Shown here: positions 11,501-21,326 of the stretch, in pieces
Layout: each line of letters opens with the position of its first letter
Numbering within the stretch: the stretch's first letter is position 1
NCBI GenBank assembly: GCA_964187785.1
Contig: OZ076413.1
Coordinates: forward strand, 46,564,001 to 46,628,000
From: Amphiscolops sp. MND2022
Lineage: Eukaryota
Length of the DNA: 64,000 nt
Direction of reading: 5' to 3'
Made by a program: the position numbers and the translations under genes
Notes under the pieces: model-generated
What the model was told of the DNA's origin: nothing
Databases searched by the model: none
The model's input: the letters and a program-made list of their open reading frames with translations, nothing else

Positions 11501-13950
11501 TCAACAAGGCACTTGACAACGCTTGTGGGCTATGGCTGAAACAACCACTACCCAACAAACAGTACGTCCTCATGACAGACGCGAACTTCAAAAATGCAGG
11601 CTACGCCCTCATGATTGAAGAAAACGCTGATGAAAAACTGACCTCAGTTAAAAAGACTTACGCCCCGGTAGCGTTTGGTTCCAAGACATTCTCTCCGTCC
11701 CAAATCAAAATGTCAATATATGCCAAAGAATTCTTGGCTATATATTTCGCCTTCATGGAATACAGCCACATATTGTGGGGATCGACCAAACCGGTCATCG
11801 TCCTAACAGACAACAAGTCCGTCACACGGTTTTTTCAAACCAAAATAATACCACCAGCCTTGTGGAACGCCTGCGATTTCGTCCTACAATTCAACTTTAC
11901 GATCGCCCACGTCCCAGGGCGCATGAACACTGCAGCTGATTTTCTTTCCCGACTTGACCTAGACCCAAAGGAAAAAGTCCAACTCTTAATCCGAGACGAC
12001 ATTCAAACAACACCAATAGAGGTACACATTCAATCCTCCAACGTCGCAGAAGAGGAACAGTTCTACTTCCTCCCCGACGATGACATTGAAACCGAAGAAC
12101 AAATTTGGGAGAGGAAGCAAAGAGCCCGCAAGAAAATTCTAGGGAACGACACCCCACCAACGCCAGGAGAAGAAGCAAATAATGAAACAGTCCAAACAGA
12201 AGACACCACAGTCATATTTCAAACGGAAATAACAAGACACAACAAAACCACCGAAGACAAAGAAAACACCCTCCCAACTGACATGCGACACCAACAGGAC
12301 CAAGACAGTGTCCTCAGAAACTACAAACTACGCCTCCTCAAAGAACCATACGATGAACACCTGATGGCCACAGACCACAGAGCACTCCGTTACACAGCGC
12401 AAGAATCGAGAATCATACTCAAGGACGGACTGCTATACCGGCAGTACTTCGGAGAAACCGGAACAGTCAAACACCTGCAAGTACTACTCCCGGAGCAACT
12501 GGTCGACTCCTTCATCGAGGCACACCATGGAATGCACAACAAACACCCGGGAATAACGAAAGTAATACAACAATGCAGAGAAAAGTATTACTACCCAAGT
12601 CTCGCAGCAAGGATAGCCAAACATATCAACCAATGCATGAAATGCATGCAAACAAAACGAACAGACAATCGCCTCCTAACCCCACCAATGATCGACACGT
12701 CCAAACTGGCAATGGGACCGGAAGATGCCCTACAAATGGACATCGTCCCCTTCGACGAGCCATCCAACGGATTCACAGCGATAGTCACCGCCATGGACGT
12801 CTTTTCCCGCTATCTATTTACCTATTGTGTCACCAAAATAGATGCCCGCTCGATCGCAAGAGTACTGGTAGACATAATGACAAGACATGCTTACCTGCCC
12901 ACAACGATCATAACTGACAAAGGAACTCAATTCATGTCCGAAGTAATGGCTGACACCACACGCGTTCTAGGCATCCAATTGAGACACGCAACTACAAAAC
13001 ATGCCCAAACAATTGGTATCCTAGAACGCTGTCATGCATCCTTAAAAGAAGCCCTGAAAATATCAACAGGAGAAAGGAGAACAATGTGGCACCAGTTCGT
13101 ACCAACCGCCACACTAAACTACAACACAACCTACCACTCAGCACTAGGGTGCGAACCCAGTAGAGTATTCCATGGCAGAATACCATACAACGTGCTTGAC
13201 TTAAAGTTCGGTCTCAAACAGAACCAAACCCAAAACCCAAAAACAGACATAGGCGAAGAAGTCGTCCAGAAGACCCGGATGATACACCAATCAGTAACCA
13301 AACACCTCCTCCACTCCTACATACGGTACAAACAGTACTACGATAAAAAAGCTTCTGCCCACCCCCTAGCAGCAAACGACTACTGCTACGCCTTACACCC
13401 CCAGGCAAACAACCAGGGATCGAAACTACCTTTCCGCGAGTATTTATGGACAGGACCATTCGTAGTAGTTAAAACCCTTCACAACAACAACTACCTAGTT
13501 CGTAAATTACAAACGAACAAGACCCAAATTCTACACAGGATACGACTGAAACCATGCCCCACGAAAAATCGCCTTCCCGATATACAAGTTCAAACCAAGG
13601 ACTTTCAACCAGACGATGAAGTTGAAATCCTACATGATGACCTATACGCCCTAGCCTGGCAATCAGGGTTTGAACCCTTCGTGATGACCCATAACCACGA
13701 TTCCAACAACGAATCGGCAATCAACCCGACCGATAGTCATGACGTCTTAGAAAACATTGCCCAGGATGACACCCACGATATCCTAACGGAACCCCAACCC
13801 GAACAACAGGAATCCCAACCAGAACCCAACCCAAACCCAGAGCCTAGTTCCCCCCGCAAAGGCAAATATAACCTTCGCAGCAACCCCCCTTCAAATTGGA
13901 AAAGGGACTACGCCTACTACAACCCAATGGTTGTTAGCTCAAACGAATAA
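8575..13950 (+). CDS. pol: Pol polyprotein (protease, dUTPase-like domain, RT, RNase H, integrase), probably entered by -1 frameshift
   Basis: LVDSGA (D at 9601), YVDD (11122-11133), RNase H LMTDAN (D at 11578), integrase HHCC (~12520-12645), D..D(35)E at 12739/12916/13024, and WTGPF. The -1 frame is open from the AAAAAAC heptamer (8575-8581) to the ATG at 8674. Confidence 0.95.
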   Translation, partial: KKLLKPRLRFGDYTDFRYYTISEPPKDFDKELFMECSGEPSIDWQRRWLIRRIIKFNKNTLDKLPYPDWYTQNPTQYNTTRRPLLPSSTPETYIYDPDFECDPYYNDTLYDSTNLVFRQSINVPFHEFIAKTNMDISTTPRRKDDLSHTPEPQAEEEYDTEITVIVTPPTTSLKSILKHNNQSPLVDFQSPTKLPATPNEIRAAMTSSPSSPESPEHKYSNPKTLVDGTKAGDQTIASQPTTQPRTRRVKRTLTCEFNQQTEAKTATNSPLITTQTSREEPTNLEQDEEWIQTNKQLHEIAITDPETSEKCIPIFSAINLKKKRKMLFAPMDFNNISVDALVDSGALVNCLPESEFQKIKTVSPDNILKEMDPPTFKLQVANGEIETPTKTVQLQFELGDWTFKETFIVATKMTGPILGLTFLKNNSAILDVSQALLHFPHLTYAISADDNETISRHHKVTTKTQLTIMPDQCVTIEAGINLRTLTNTTGVINPTEPYSGEHQLVVASSLSTVTNSKIEIRVTNTSPNPFTLKKNTNLAEFTILSPQEAKQLHPLNSAALKVLAEDDSEQALEYVNELLKSSEKPQTVQNFWFPTPDNPGDPSTHTPIQSRILREIEELENIQKLNPHDSPEDRATFLSNFKWTDSQLSDEDKKDIEAILVEYNDIFARHRLDIGINNEFKIKLTPKSEQPAYTQSLPCPVNLKDDLTVELALMHYYGIITTLPFSKYASPIFAQRKPNGRLRLLVDLRKINNLISDDYINNNHPVSTLSDAAQHLAGKKLFCKLDCSQAYHVLQMADQKSVELLAFNFASRTFAYLRLAQGLSRSLSSFSSFMREYLDRVIKADKCAQYVDDIGIATHTAEELKNNLREVFQCIREAGLLLTMAKCQFGAKEVEFLGRTVSPEGIAPQSHKIKNYLQKLSFPKTKKGLQRYIGFVNYYRNYISRLSEKIAPFHELVKADKPIKITNEIIGTFDNINKALDNACGLWLKQPLPNKQYVLMTDANFKNAGYALMIEENADEKLTSVKKTYAPVAFGSKTFSPSQIKMSIYAKEFLAIYFAFMEYSHILWGSTKPVIVLTDNKSVTRFFQTKIIPPALWNACDFVLQFNFTIAHVPGRMNTAADFLSRLDLDPKEKVQLLIRDDIQTTPIEVHIQSSNVAEEEQFYFLPDDDIETEEQIWERKQRARKKILGNDTPPTPGEEANNETVQTEDTTVIFQTEITRHNKTTEDKENTLPTDMRHQQDQDSVLRNYKLRLLKEPYDEHLMATDHRALRYTAQESRIILKDGLLYRQYFGETGTVKHLQVLLPEQLVDSFIEAHHGMHNKHPGITKVIQQCREKYYYPSLAARIAKHINQCMKCMQTKRTDNRLLTPPMIDTSKLAMGPEDALQMDIVPFDEPSNGFTAIVTAMDVFSRYLFTYCVTKIDARSIARVLVDIMTRHAYLPTTIITDKGTQFMSEVMADTTRVLGIQLRHATTKHAQTIGILERCHASLKEALKISTGERRTMWHQFVPTATLNYNTTYHSALGCEPSRVFHGRIPYNVLDLKFGLKQNQTQNPKTDIGEEVVQKTRMIHQSVTKHLLHSYIRYKQYYDKKASAHPLAANDYCYALHPQANNQGSKLPFREYLWTGPFVVVKTLHNNNYLVRKLQTNKTQILHRIRLKPCPTKNRLPDIQVQTKDFQPDDEVEILHDDLYALAWQSGFEPFVMTHNHDSNNESAINPTDSHDVLENIAQDDTHDILTEPQPEQQESQPEPNPNPEPSSPRKGKYNLRSNPPSNWKRDYAYYNPMVVSSNE

Positions 13951-14345
13951 ACTTTCAATATGAATTCATGAAATGGTACACCTACTACTCACTCAATTGA
14001 CCTGAAACTGACTCAAATCCCTACAACTCAGCTATAAACTCAATAGAAAACGAAATCGAGGAGCAAGAAAATATATTGGTCAAATGCCCCATACGTTCAA
14101 CTCGACTAAGCCAAGACTCGCAGAGGAGCCCAGTTTTCAATCAACCTCTTTAAATTCATTTGGTATCGCTCAGTAAATGGATACACCAACAATGATGTCC
14201 AAAGACGCAAATCAAATTACAAATATGTACGATCAACAAAATCATCAACCAACTATATGGCTACGAAATGGAAAATCGAGAAATTCTATAAATTAACATC
14301 AACATCAAAAGTTAGCAAAGTTTAACGTCGACCCATCAAGAAAGT

Positions 14346-16936
14346 TCACTTCGAACCGCCAGGGGCACTCTTTTTCGACGAATGGCCTTTAGTAGTAATG
14401 GCACTAGTGGAAGCACCACGACGACCAGCCTTCTTCTCTTGCAATTTCTGTGACACACTGCTAGCACCACTAGCAGAAACAAGCGATTTAGCTGACTCGA
14501 CAGGAACACCGCTTCCAAATCCCACTTTAGACGTAGAACAAGAAACAGGGACCTCAACTTCGGCCGAAACGCTGGCTGGAGCAACTGCGGGCGAACTGTT
14601 GATAGGAGAACCTGACGATAACACTCCCAATCCAGCTCGACGACGCCAATCAGCCACCTGGTCCATATAATAACCATTGAACCTCTCCCGCAAGTCACGA
14701 TAGAGATCCTGACGAGACTGCAAATACAATGGCCGCCAAGGAGAAAAAGAAGCATTGGACATAAATACATGTCCCACTGGCAAATTCGCTTTCAACTCAT
14801 CAAGACAATCTTTAGTCAATAACTCTCCAGAGACGAAAGCACCATCCGAGACATAAGACTGCAAAGACAGAATTGAGGACAACAGTATCTTCTTGGGAAC
14901 AGACGACCCACTGAGAGACATCTCCACTCTGGGATAGCGGGCAACCCGGGGAACGACCCCAACGGAAACCAAAGCAATCACCTTCGCTAGGTGCACACGA
15001 CACCCCAACAACCCACTCTCATGGAGGAAGGAAAAGCTGTTCTTAATGGTCGAAACCACTCGGCGATTCTTCCGTCGTAAATCCACCAAGAGCGATTTAA
15101 ACTCGTTACTGGCACCCTCGGCTTCAACGGAGGACAGACGACCACAAGCCTGAAGGCAGGAGACCAATTCTCGGAAGAGAGACACTGTGTAAGCCTCGTC
15201 ACCCTGAAGGAGCATATCAGGAGAAAGACAACTGAGACTTGAAGCCAACAAGGAAGTGGAATACGAGGATACGTTCAGCACTTTAAGGAACTCCATCAGG
15301 AACCCATGACATTCACGGAGGAAATTCCGCTTCACGGCATCGCTACATCCTTGCAACGCTTTGAGAACGATTGGCTCACTCCTCAAACAGTCGACATACG
15401 CCACATTCGACCAGGTGCATAACGGACGACCAATATACAGGCTCCACTCCTCGATTCTCGGCAACTCTGACAATTTCTTCACTTTACCCAAGAGACTCCA
15501 ATAAAAAAGCAGAACTCAGCGTAATTACGACAACTGTAATCGGTCACTCTCGTCACCTTGTTTTTCAAAATTAGACTGGAAACAAGACACCAGCACATGC
15601 AACAAACTCAAACGAGGCAACACGTATGAGTCCGAAACGATCAACTGACCCAAATCAACCGGGGTTTTTCCCCGAGGTGGAGCTGTAGCACCGCTTTCCT
15701 TGAGAACAAGCTTCACGTCTTCCCAATGGTCGACCAACTCTTCCAAAACGGCACCCAAGACACTGAAGGGAATCTCTCGCTTCCGAACACACTGACGCAA
15801 CTCCTCTAAACCCAACTTCCAGGGCTGATAAACAGCTTTGTTGAACTGTAAAACCAGGAAATCCAAGACTGCAAAAGGATCCAAGGAATGGGCACCAACC
15901 ATGCCCGCTTCACGCACATGACTCTTGAAGACACTCGGAGAATACTCTAACAAGGACAGAGGTACAGACCGATCACGAGCACGACACCACTCACTGAACA
16001 CATTGAACAGGGTGGGCGAACATCCGAGTAATACAACTGGAGAATGAGTCTCAGGGAGGATTGCTAGAACACGCGACAAACACAGAATTTCGGCATCACA
16101 GATTCCTGACGAATAGGGTTCCCACAACAGAGTCACCTCACGAACGTGACTACCGACACAACACCGGACAATGCAGCAGACTCCTTCATCCTCCTCGCGA
16201 AACAAGACGCTGAAAGGTGAGTCCTTACACCAGGAGTACACTCGACGAAGCACACGAGGATACAAGGTCTGACAGACTATCACGAGTGACTCTGTTTTGC
16301 TCCATGTAGCCTGAGCATACGACGACTCGACCGGGATAGTGACCCGAAATGGATTCCACAGCCGCCTCAAAAAGCTGTGTGACCCGCCACTCCGAAGGAG
16401 CTCGAATAGACCACCCACAAGCGTCGCAGAAGGAACGTTAGAGACGACACCAACTAGAGCATCCACTTCGTCTTCCCTGAAGGGATTCTTCTTACCCAGG
16501 ACAACGGGGGGCGTCTGCTCAATTTCCGCACGCAACTCACTGGAAACATCGGCGACCTTCACGGGGTCAAACTGAGAGGTGTAAATCACATCTTCATGAT
16601 CTAATCTGTATCGTCGATCCTTCAGATAGTGACTCTTGCGACTGAAGTGTCGCCAGATTTCAGGCTCACCCCGACTCAGGAAAGAAATGTCCTTTTGACA
16701 AATTGCACAATTAAACCCGTTCGGGTTCTTATCTGACCTCTGGCTGACGAATAACTGGGGAATAGCATGCCCAGCCATTTCTCTACGCAGAACATGTCGC
16801 TCAGTCTGCCTCTGCTTCCTCCGCTCATACTTCGCATAGAGTCTCCGTTTCGTCTTCTCTTCGTCGTCCAACTGACTGGAATCCCGATGCATCTGTATGC
16901 CTTTTGACTTCAAGAGTCGCACGATTCGATCCAACT
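14346..16936 (-). CDS. Antisense cargo gene, exon 5: BED-type zinc finger plus degenerate hAT-transposase-like body, with one short interruption near 15.5 kb
   Basis: Acceptor ttttattatttag|AG, phase 1. The 469-aa and 381-aa ORFs share one frame and are separated by only 11 codons. Motifs: FNCAICQKDISFLSRGEPEIWRHFSRKSH, SPFSVLFREE, LYIGRPL, FLRECHGFL, LSCLSP, LAKVIALVSV. Confidence 0.78.
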
Positions 16937-17064
16937 CTAAATAATAAAACCAAGATGAAACCCACTAATAACGAATTACAACACGCACATACGAACCAAC
17001 GATCAACAGAACACTACGACAGAACAGGACTAACAAAATTGACAACGACAAAACAAGAACTTAC

Positions 17065-17190
17065 GACGTGACAGTGACCTCTCATCACCACGAGATTGCG
17101 ACCGCTCCAGACGCACAGCAGCCCGACCATATGCCAGCACCTGACTGGATGAGAGACAAATCGCCCCAGAAGGCACATCGGATAATCCAG
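17065..17190 (-). CDS. Antisense cargo gene, exon 4
   Basis: Acceptor ctttgtattttag|CT and donor CGTC|gtaagt; 126 nt, phase 1 to 1, open. Confidence 0.8.
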
Positions 17191-17283
17191 CTAAAATACA
17201 AAGAAGCAATGAAACCCAATGCACCACGCCTTCACCAAGACAAACCTACTACGACCTACGAAGATGACAACAAAGCATAATAC

Positions 17284-17478
17284 CTTTGCCCCATTCATTG
17301 TGCAATACAGACTGCTCCACACCCTCGGCGGGACGACCATGTTGAGTCCGACTGTGCCTCGTCTTCGAACCACTAGCCCCATCGTCTGCGAAAACATCAG
17401 GCGTCACACCGGGCGATTCACTGGATATAAGACCCAAAAGGTCGAAGACGTTTTCTCCTTGAGGGATGGGTGTCTGAA
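17284..17478 (-). CDS. Antisense cargo gene, exon 3
   Basis: Acceptor tttttgttgcag|TT and donor AAAG|gtatta; 195 nt, phase 1 to 1, open. Confidence 0.75.
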
Positions 17479-17546
17479 CTGCAACAAAAATGAAACCGAT
17501 AACGCGAGCTTAGATATTCACCCAATTCCAACAAAAGAATTCCTAC

Positions 17547-17738
17547 CTTCACCCTCCGAGTCTGGGAATCGAACCACAGCAATCCCAGGGCTGTCATCTG
17601 AGCTCGTCACATTGGGACGCACCTTCTTGGAAGCACCCTCCCCAGCATTCGACATCAGCCGCTTACTGCGCCGAGACCCAACAGAGAGAGAAGTTGTCCC
17701 AGGAGCAAAATCCACGTCATTAGAATCGTCGGAGGCTC
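17547..17738 (-). CDS. Antisense cargo gene, exon 2
   Basis: Acceptor ttcctttgatttcag|GA and donor GAAG|gtagga; 192 nt, phase 1 to 1. Basic clusters RRSKR and KKVRP may form an NLS. Confidence 0.78.
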
Positions 17739-17828
17739 CTGAAATCAAAGGAAGGTAGATGAAATGACGCGTCTGTGTACTAGCATTAATATGTTAACTG
17801 GCCATTAACAAATAGCTAAGAAACCCAC

Positions 17829-18264
17829 CGTGTTGGTCATGAAGATAATCTAAGTCATGCCGCGCATCACTCCCAGAAGAATGGATGGAAGCATCATCAT
17901 CATCACTAGCATCGACAGCACCAACTTGTGCGGCATCAGCGGCATCGTCAGAGTCGTCATCATCACTGTCACCAGTATCGATCTCACCGAAACCAGCAGC
18001 CCTTCGTGGAGCCGCCCCACTTACTTCACCCAACTGTCCATCGACCGGTGCCGCAGTATCCACAGACACACCGCCTTGACACACCCCACCTGAGCCCTCC
18101 ACTATTTGTAACTGACCCTCGGACGCTTCACCTCCTTCCTCACTCTCACCGTCACTGTCCACACCAACTCCTCTTCCACGCAAAGATTCACGCTCACTCT
18201 CAATCACTCCAATATCCCGAGACAGGGCAAAACGAGTAGCATCCTCGTCTGTCGAATCCGCCAT
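17829..18264 (-). CDS. Antisense cargo gene, coding exon 1 (acidic, low complexity)
   Basis: ATG at 18264 (MADSTDEDATRFALSRD...), donor CACG|gtgggt; 436 nt, ends phase 1. Confidence 0.75.
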
Positions 18265-18543
18265 AACTTGACAAAACAATCTGAAATAATACCATTCAAT
18301 AGAATAACATCGAAGACGTGGCGTAAAACCAACGCTAATACTAATATTACAAACTAATAGTATGACGTAATGGAAGTCATTCAGTCTGCCAGCTGAAAAC
18401 TTTCCCATTCATGCAAGCGGCGTGAACAGAAGAAAAGAACAGAATTATCATTCAATTACTCGACCATTCCGCAGAACAGCCGCTCAGCATTACTTACAAC
18501 TATTACTATTTATTGCATACAATTTATTTACTCATCGGATCAA

Positions 18544-19194
18544 ATGAATTCATCGACACTCAATTCCTCAACCGATTATTTCATTTTGGACCGCGACCAA
18601 GACGCTGCCCCAGTAAACCCCCGCGCACATTCAACACCTAAAGCGCTTGGTGATAATTGCGAAAAAACTCAAACACCAATTATCGAGGATATTTACGAGA
18701 TTATCAATACTGGGACAGAACATATTGTCCTTTACCATGAGTCGGCGCCGATATCTATCCTAGAAACAGCCCAATCAGACACATTACCATCCAGGAAATT
18801 TACAAACTTCAACCCAATTATCCCGGATGACGAATTCATGAGCCCCCCTAGAATCTACGAGAACATGGACAATTGGCTATACGGGCCGCACGATGGGACA
18901 ATCAGCCCCATCTCCAGTAACTCTAGTTCGATAGGTTACTTCTCAGGAAGTGACTGGTCAACAGATTCGTCCTGGATGTCTTATGATTCAATGGTACAGT
19001 CTATATTTCAACCCCCCATCTCTTCCCCATTCAGGCCAATTTCACCACTTCTTCCCACAATGGACGTCTCTCATCAAAGCCGGGGACTGTCACAGCCGCC
19101 ACAGGGCCGTGAAATAATAAGATCAGAGAGAACGCCAGAGGAAAGAAATGGGGAAATTAACCAAGAAGAAGCTAATAAAGCATCACAAACCTGA
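18544..19194 (+). CDS. Unknown 216-aa Ser/Pro/acidic ORF running through the PPT into the 3' LTR
   Basis: ATG-initiated 651-nt ORF with no recognisable domain. Confidence 0.4.
   Translation: MNSSTLNSSTDYFILDRDQDAAPVNPRAHSTPKALGDNCEKTQTPIIEDIYEIINTGTEHIVLYHESAPISILETAQSDTLPSRKFTNFNPIIPDDEFMSPPRIYENMDNWLYGPHDGTISPISSNSSSIGYFSGSDWSTDSSWMSYDSMVQSIFQPPISSPFRPISPLLPTMDVSHQSRGLSQPPQGREIIRSERTPEERNGEINQEEANKASQT
19076..19087 (+). other. Polypurine tract (imperfect)
   Basis: AAAGCCGGGGAC immediately precedes the 3' LTR. Confidence 0.6.
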
Positions 19195-21249
19195 AAGAAA
19201 ACAATCAACAAACAAACACTCATTGATATTGAACAACCCTGTAAGTGCATAATATTAATATCATCAATCCTCTGCAGTACCTGAAATACATAAATATGTA
19301 AATAATTAAATAATAATAACTTGTTGTAAATGTGATTTGTTTGCAGTAGCTTGACCAATACGCTGATTGAAGTTATTCCAACCAGCGCACTGACCAGCCT
19401 ACCGTCCCAATATCTGCGTAGCAAAACACACTAATTCTCACTGTCATTTTAATTAACCAATCAGCGCCAAGCGCGAATATGCAGTATTAACTCAGTTACT
19501 ATACTCGTCAAGCCACCAGTCAGCAAAGACTGGGACGCACGCCTGGTAGCTCGATCGAATTAATCAAAGTGCTAATATATTAAGTGACGTCACGTGTGAA
19601 GTGAATACAAATCCAAAGCTTAGAAGAAGCTTAAATTGTGCAGTATTCAATAGTGAAGATCGAAAACGTAATATTTATAGCATGAAAAGGTGTGATTGAA
19701 GATTTGTCGATCCCGATAATTGGGACGACCGCCGGGACGACCGTTTTAAATTTATAATCTGGGACGACCGCCGGGACGACCGTTTTAAATTTATAATCTG
19801 GGACGACCGCCGGGACGCTCGTTCAGTCACTCTATCTGATCAATCAAGTACAAATAATCGATGCTAACTCTAGATAAATGTTTTGTAGCTTAAAAGAAGC
19901 TAAATACCAAAAGTACTTCCAATGAGTAATAATCGATGATGCTTGTAGTATTTTTAACGTGTTCGGTCCACCTTGTAGTTGAGTCAACTTCCCAGGCGGA
20001 GCGCTAAATTTCTTTAATATAACAAGAGCCTGGACAGCTGACCGAACGTATTTAATTAATACATGTCTTATAGTTACCCGAATAACAATGTTGCCCCTGT
20101 TAAACGTGATATTTGACGATAATATAGTAAAACAACCCCCCAGTGCTACCTTTTTCAGTCCTCACATGCAATGTTTTGTTAATACATAGTTGAGTCAATA
20201 GCCCGGTCAAACGGCCAGGCCACTCTAAATGAAATTCGTTACCTGGCGTTCACCCAGGACTTTTTCGTTAGCCTCAATTTAAAGTGCTAATTAACGGCCA
20301 TAATCATCTGATTTAGAAGAAATCAGTGCTGTTAGTTTATTTCTTTGATGTTTCCCTTAAATTACTAGTAGTAAAATTTGGGATTGTTCGGTGATAATTT
20401 CATTTCCTTTTCCCGCTTCAGTAGCTAGGTTCATGAATTTCAGTGCCAACTTCACCTTCGGCGTCTTGAAAAGGCGGGGAATGTAGAAGAAAGGGACGCG
20501 GAATTGGGAAGCGGCAGGAAGTGAATTCCCACTTTTCTTTAAAGTGGGTTGAAACCGAATGCCGAGTCCCGAGGAAGAGTACCTTATTTGGATTTCCCCG
20601 CTTCGGAAAAGACGCCGAGGTGAACAAGGTGTGAATTCACGCGCGGGGTTTTCTCCGCGTGTCTAGCGTAAAGTATAAATACCTGAAGCGGGATTAGGAA
20701 AAGTTAGTTGACAATTTTATTTTTCAAGTGCGTTTGATTAATCATCCTCCAGAAATTTTGCTTTTGTAATAACCGTGTTAATTACCTTTGCTTAATATAA
20801 TTCCTTTGTTTCGGAAAACTTTGGTAAATCGCTAAACTGAAGTCTCCATTACGTTTGTAACGACTCAAGTTTAATTGGAATATTGCCTCTCCACTATTTT
20901 TGCAAGATGCCTGAGAAATCTCAAAAACGAAAGTTGAGGAGTGACCAGTCGACTAGCCAGATCGACGTAGAAACCGCAAGCTCCATTAACGACGAAAACA
21001 CCGTACTTTCGGAAAGGGATTTTGAGGACATATCAAATAAAATTGAGAATAGAATTTCCAAGCGTCTTAAAGACACTGAACTCAATCAACGTGAGATATT
21101 AAAATTGATTGAAAACCTGTCGTCCAAAGTTGACAACCTATCAAGCGTCAATTCTGAACAAGGTTACTTGACGACCAGGATTGAAAATAGTGGAAACCCT
21201 ACTGATGAGTTAGAAGAAGTTAGTTTGTCTAGGAACGAGAGTTCCAACA
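19088..21249 (+). repeat. 3' LTR (2162 bp)
   Basis: Same as the 5' LTR except one extra 12-bp GCCGGGACGACC unit and at least 3 substitutions seen by eye. Confidence 0.97.
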
Positions 21250-21326
21250 ACGCATATAATGATATTCGAAAAAAAATATTATCTAAACAAATTGTACAAA
21301 TTGAAGAATGCTATCATCAAACTTAA
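20907..21326 (+). other. Gag N-terminal copy in the 3' LTR reading into flanking DNA
   Basis: Identical to Gag aa 1-114 (MPEKSQKRK...NESSN), then 25 codons of flank. Confidence 0.8.

Larger units (their letters stand above)
5362..21249 (+). mobile_element. Full-length Ty3/Gypsy LTR retrotransposon (15,888 bp) with antisense cargo gene
   Basis: Two near-identical LTRs with TG...CA ends, 5-bp TSD ACGCA (5357-5361 and 21250-21254), PBS, PPT, gag, and pol in PR-RT-RH-IN order. Confidence 0.97.

Noticed and set aside
14346..16934. env gene in the post-pol position
   Set aside because: Antisense orientation, and no evident signal peptide or C-terminal transmembrane anchor; motifs point to a zinc finger and transposase.
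17219..18239. Plus-strand ORFs of 179, 103 and 78 aa
   Set aside because: Shadows of the spliced minus-strand cargo exons in stop-poor A/C-rich sequence.
14346..18264. Independent hAT transposon nested in the retroelement
   Set aside because: No TIRs or 8-bp TSD found by eye, catalytic motifs are lost while the frame is largely preserved, and composition matches the host element. Not fully excluded without other copies.
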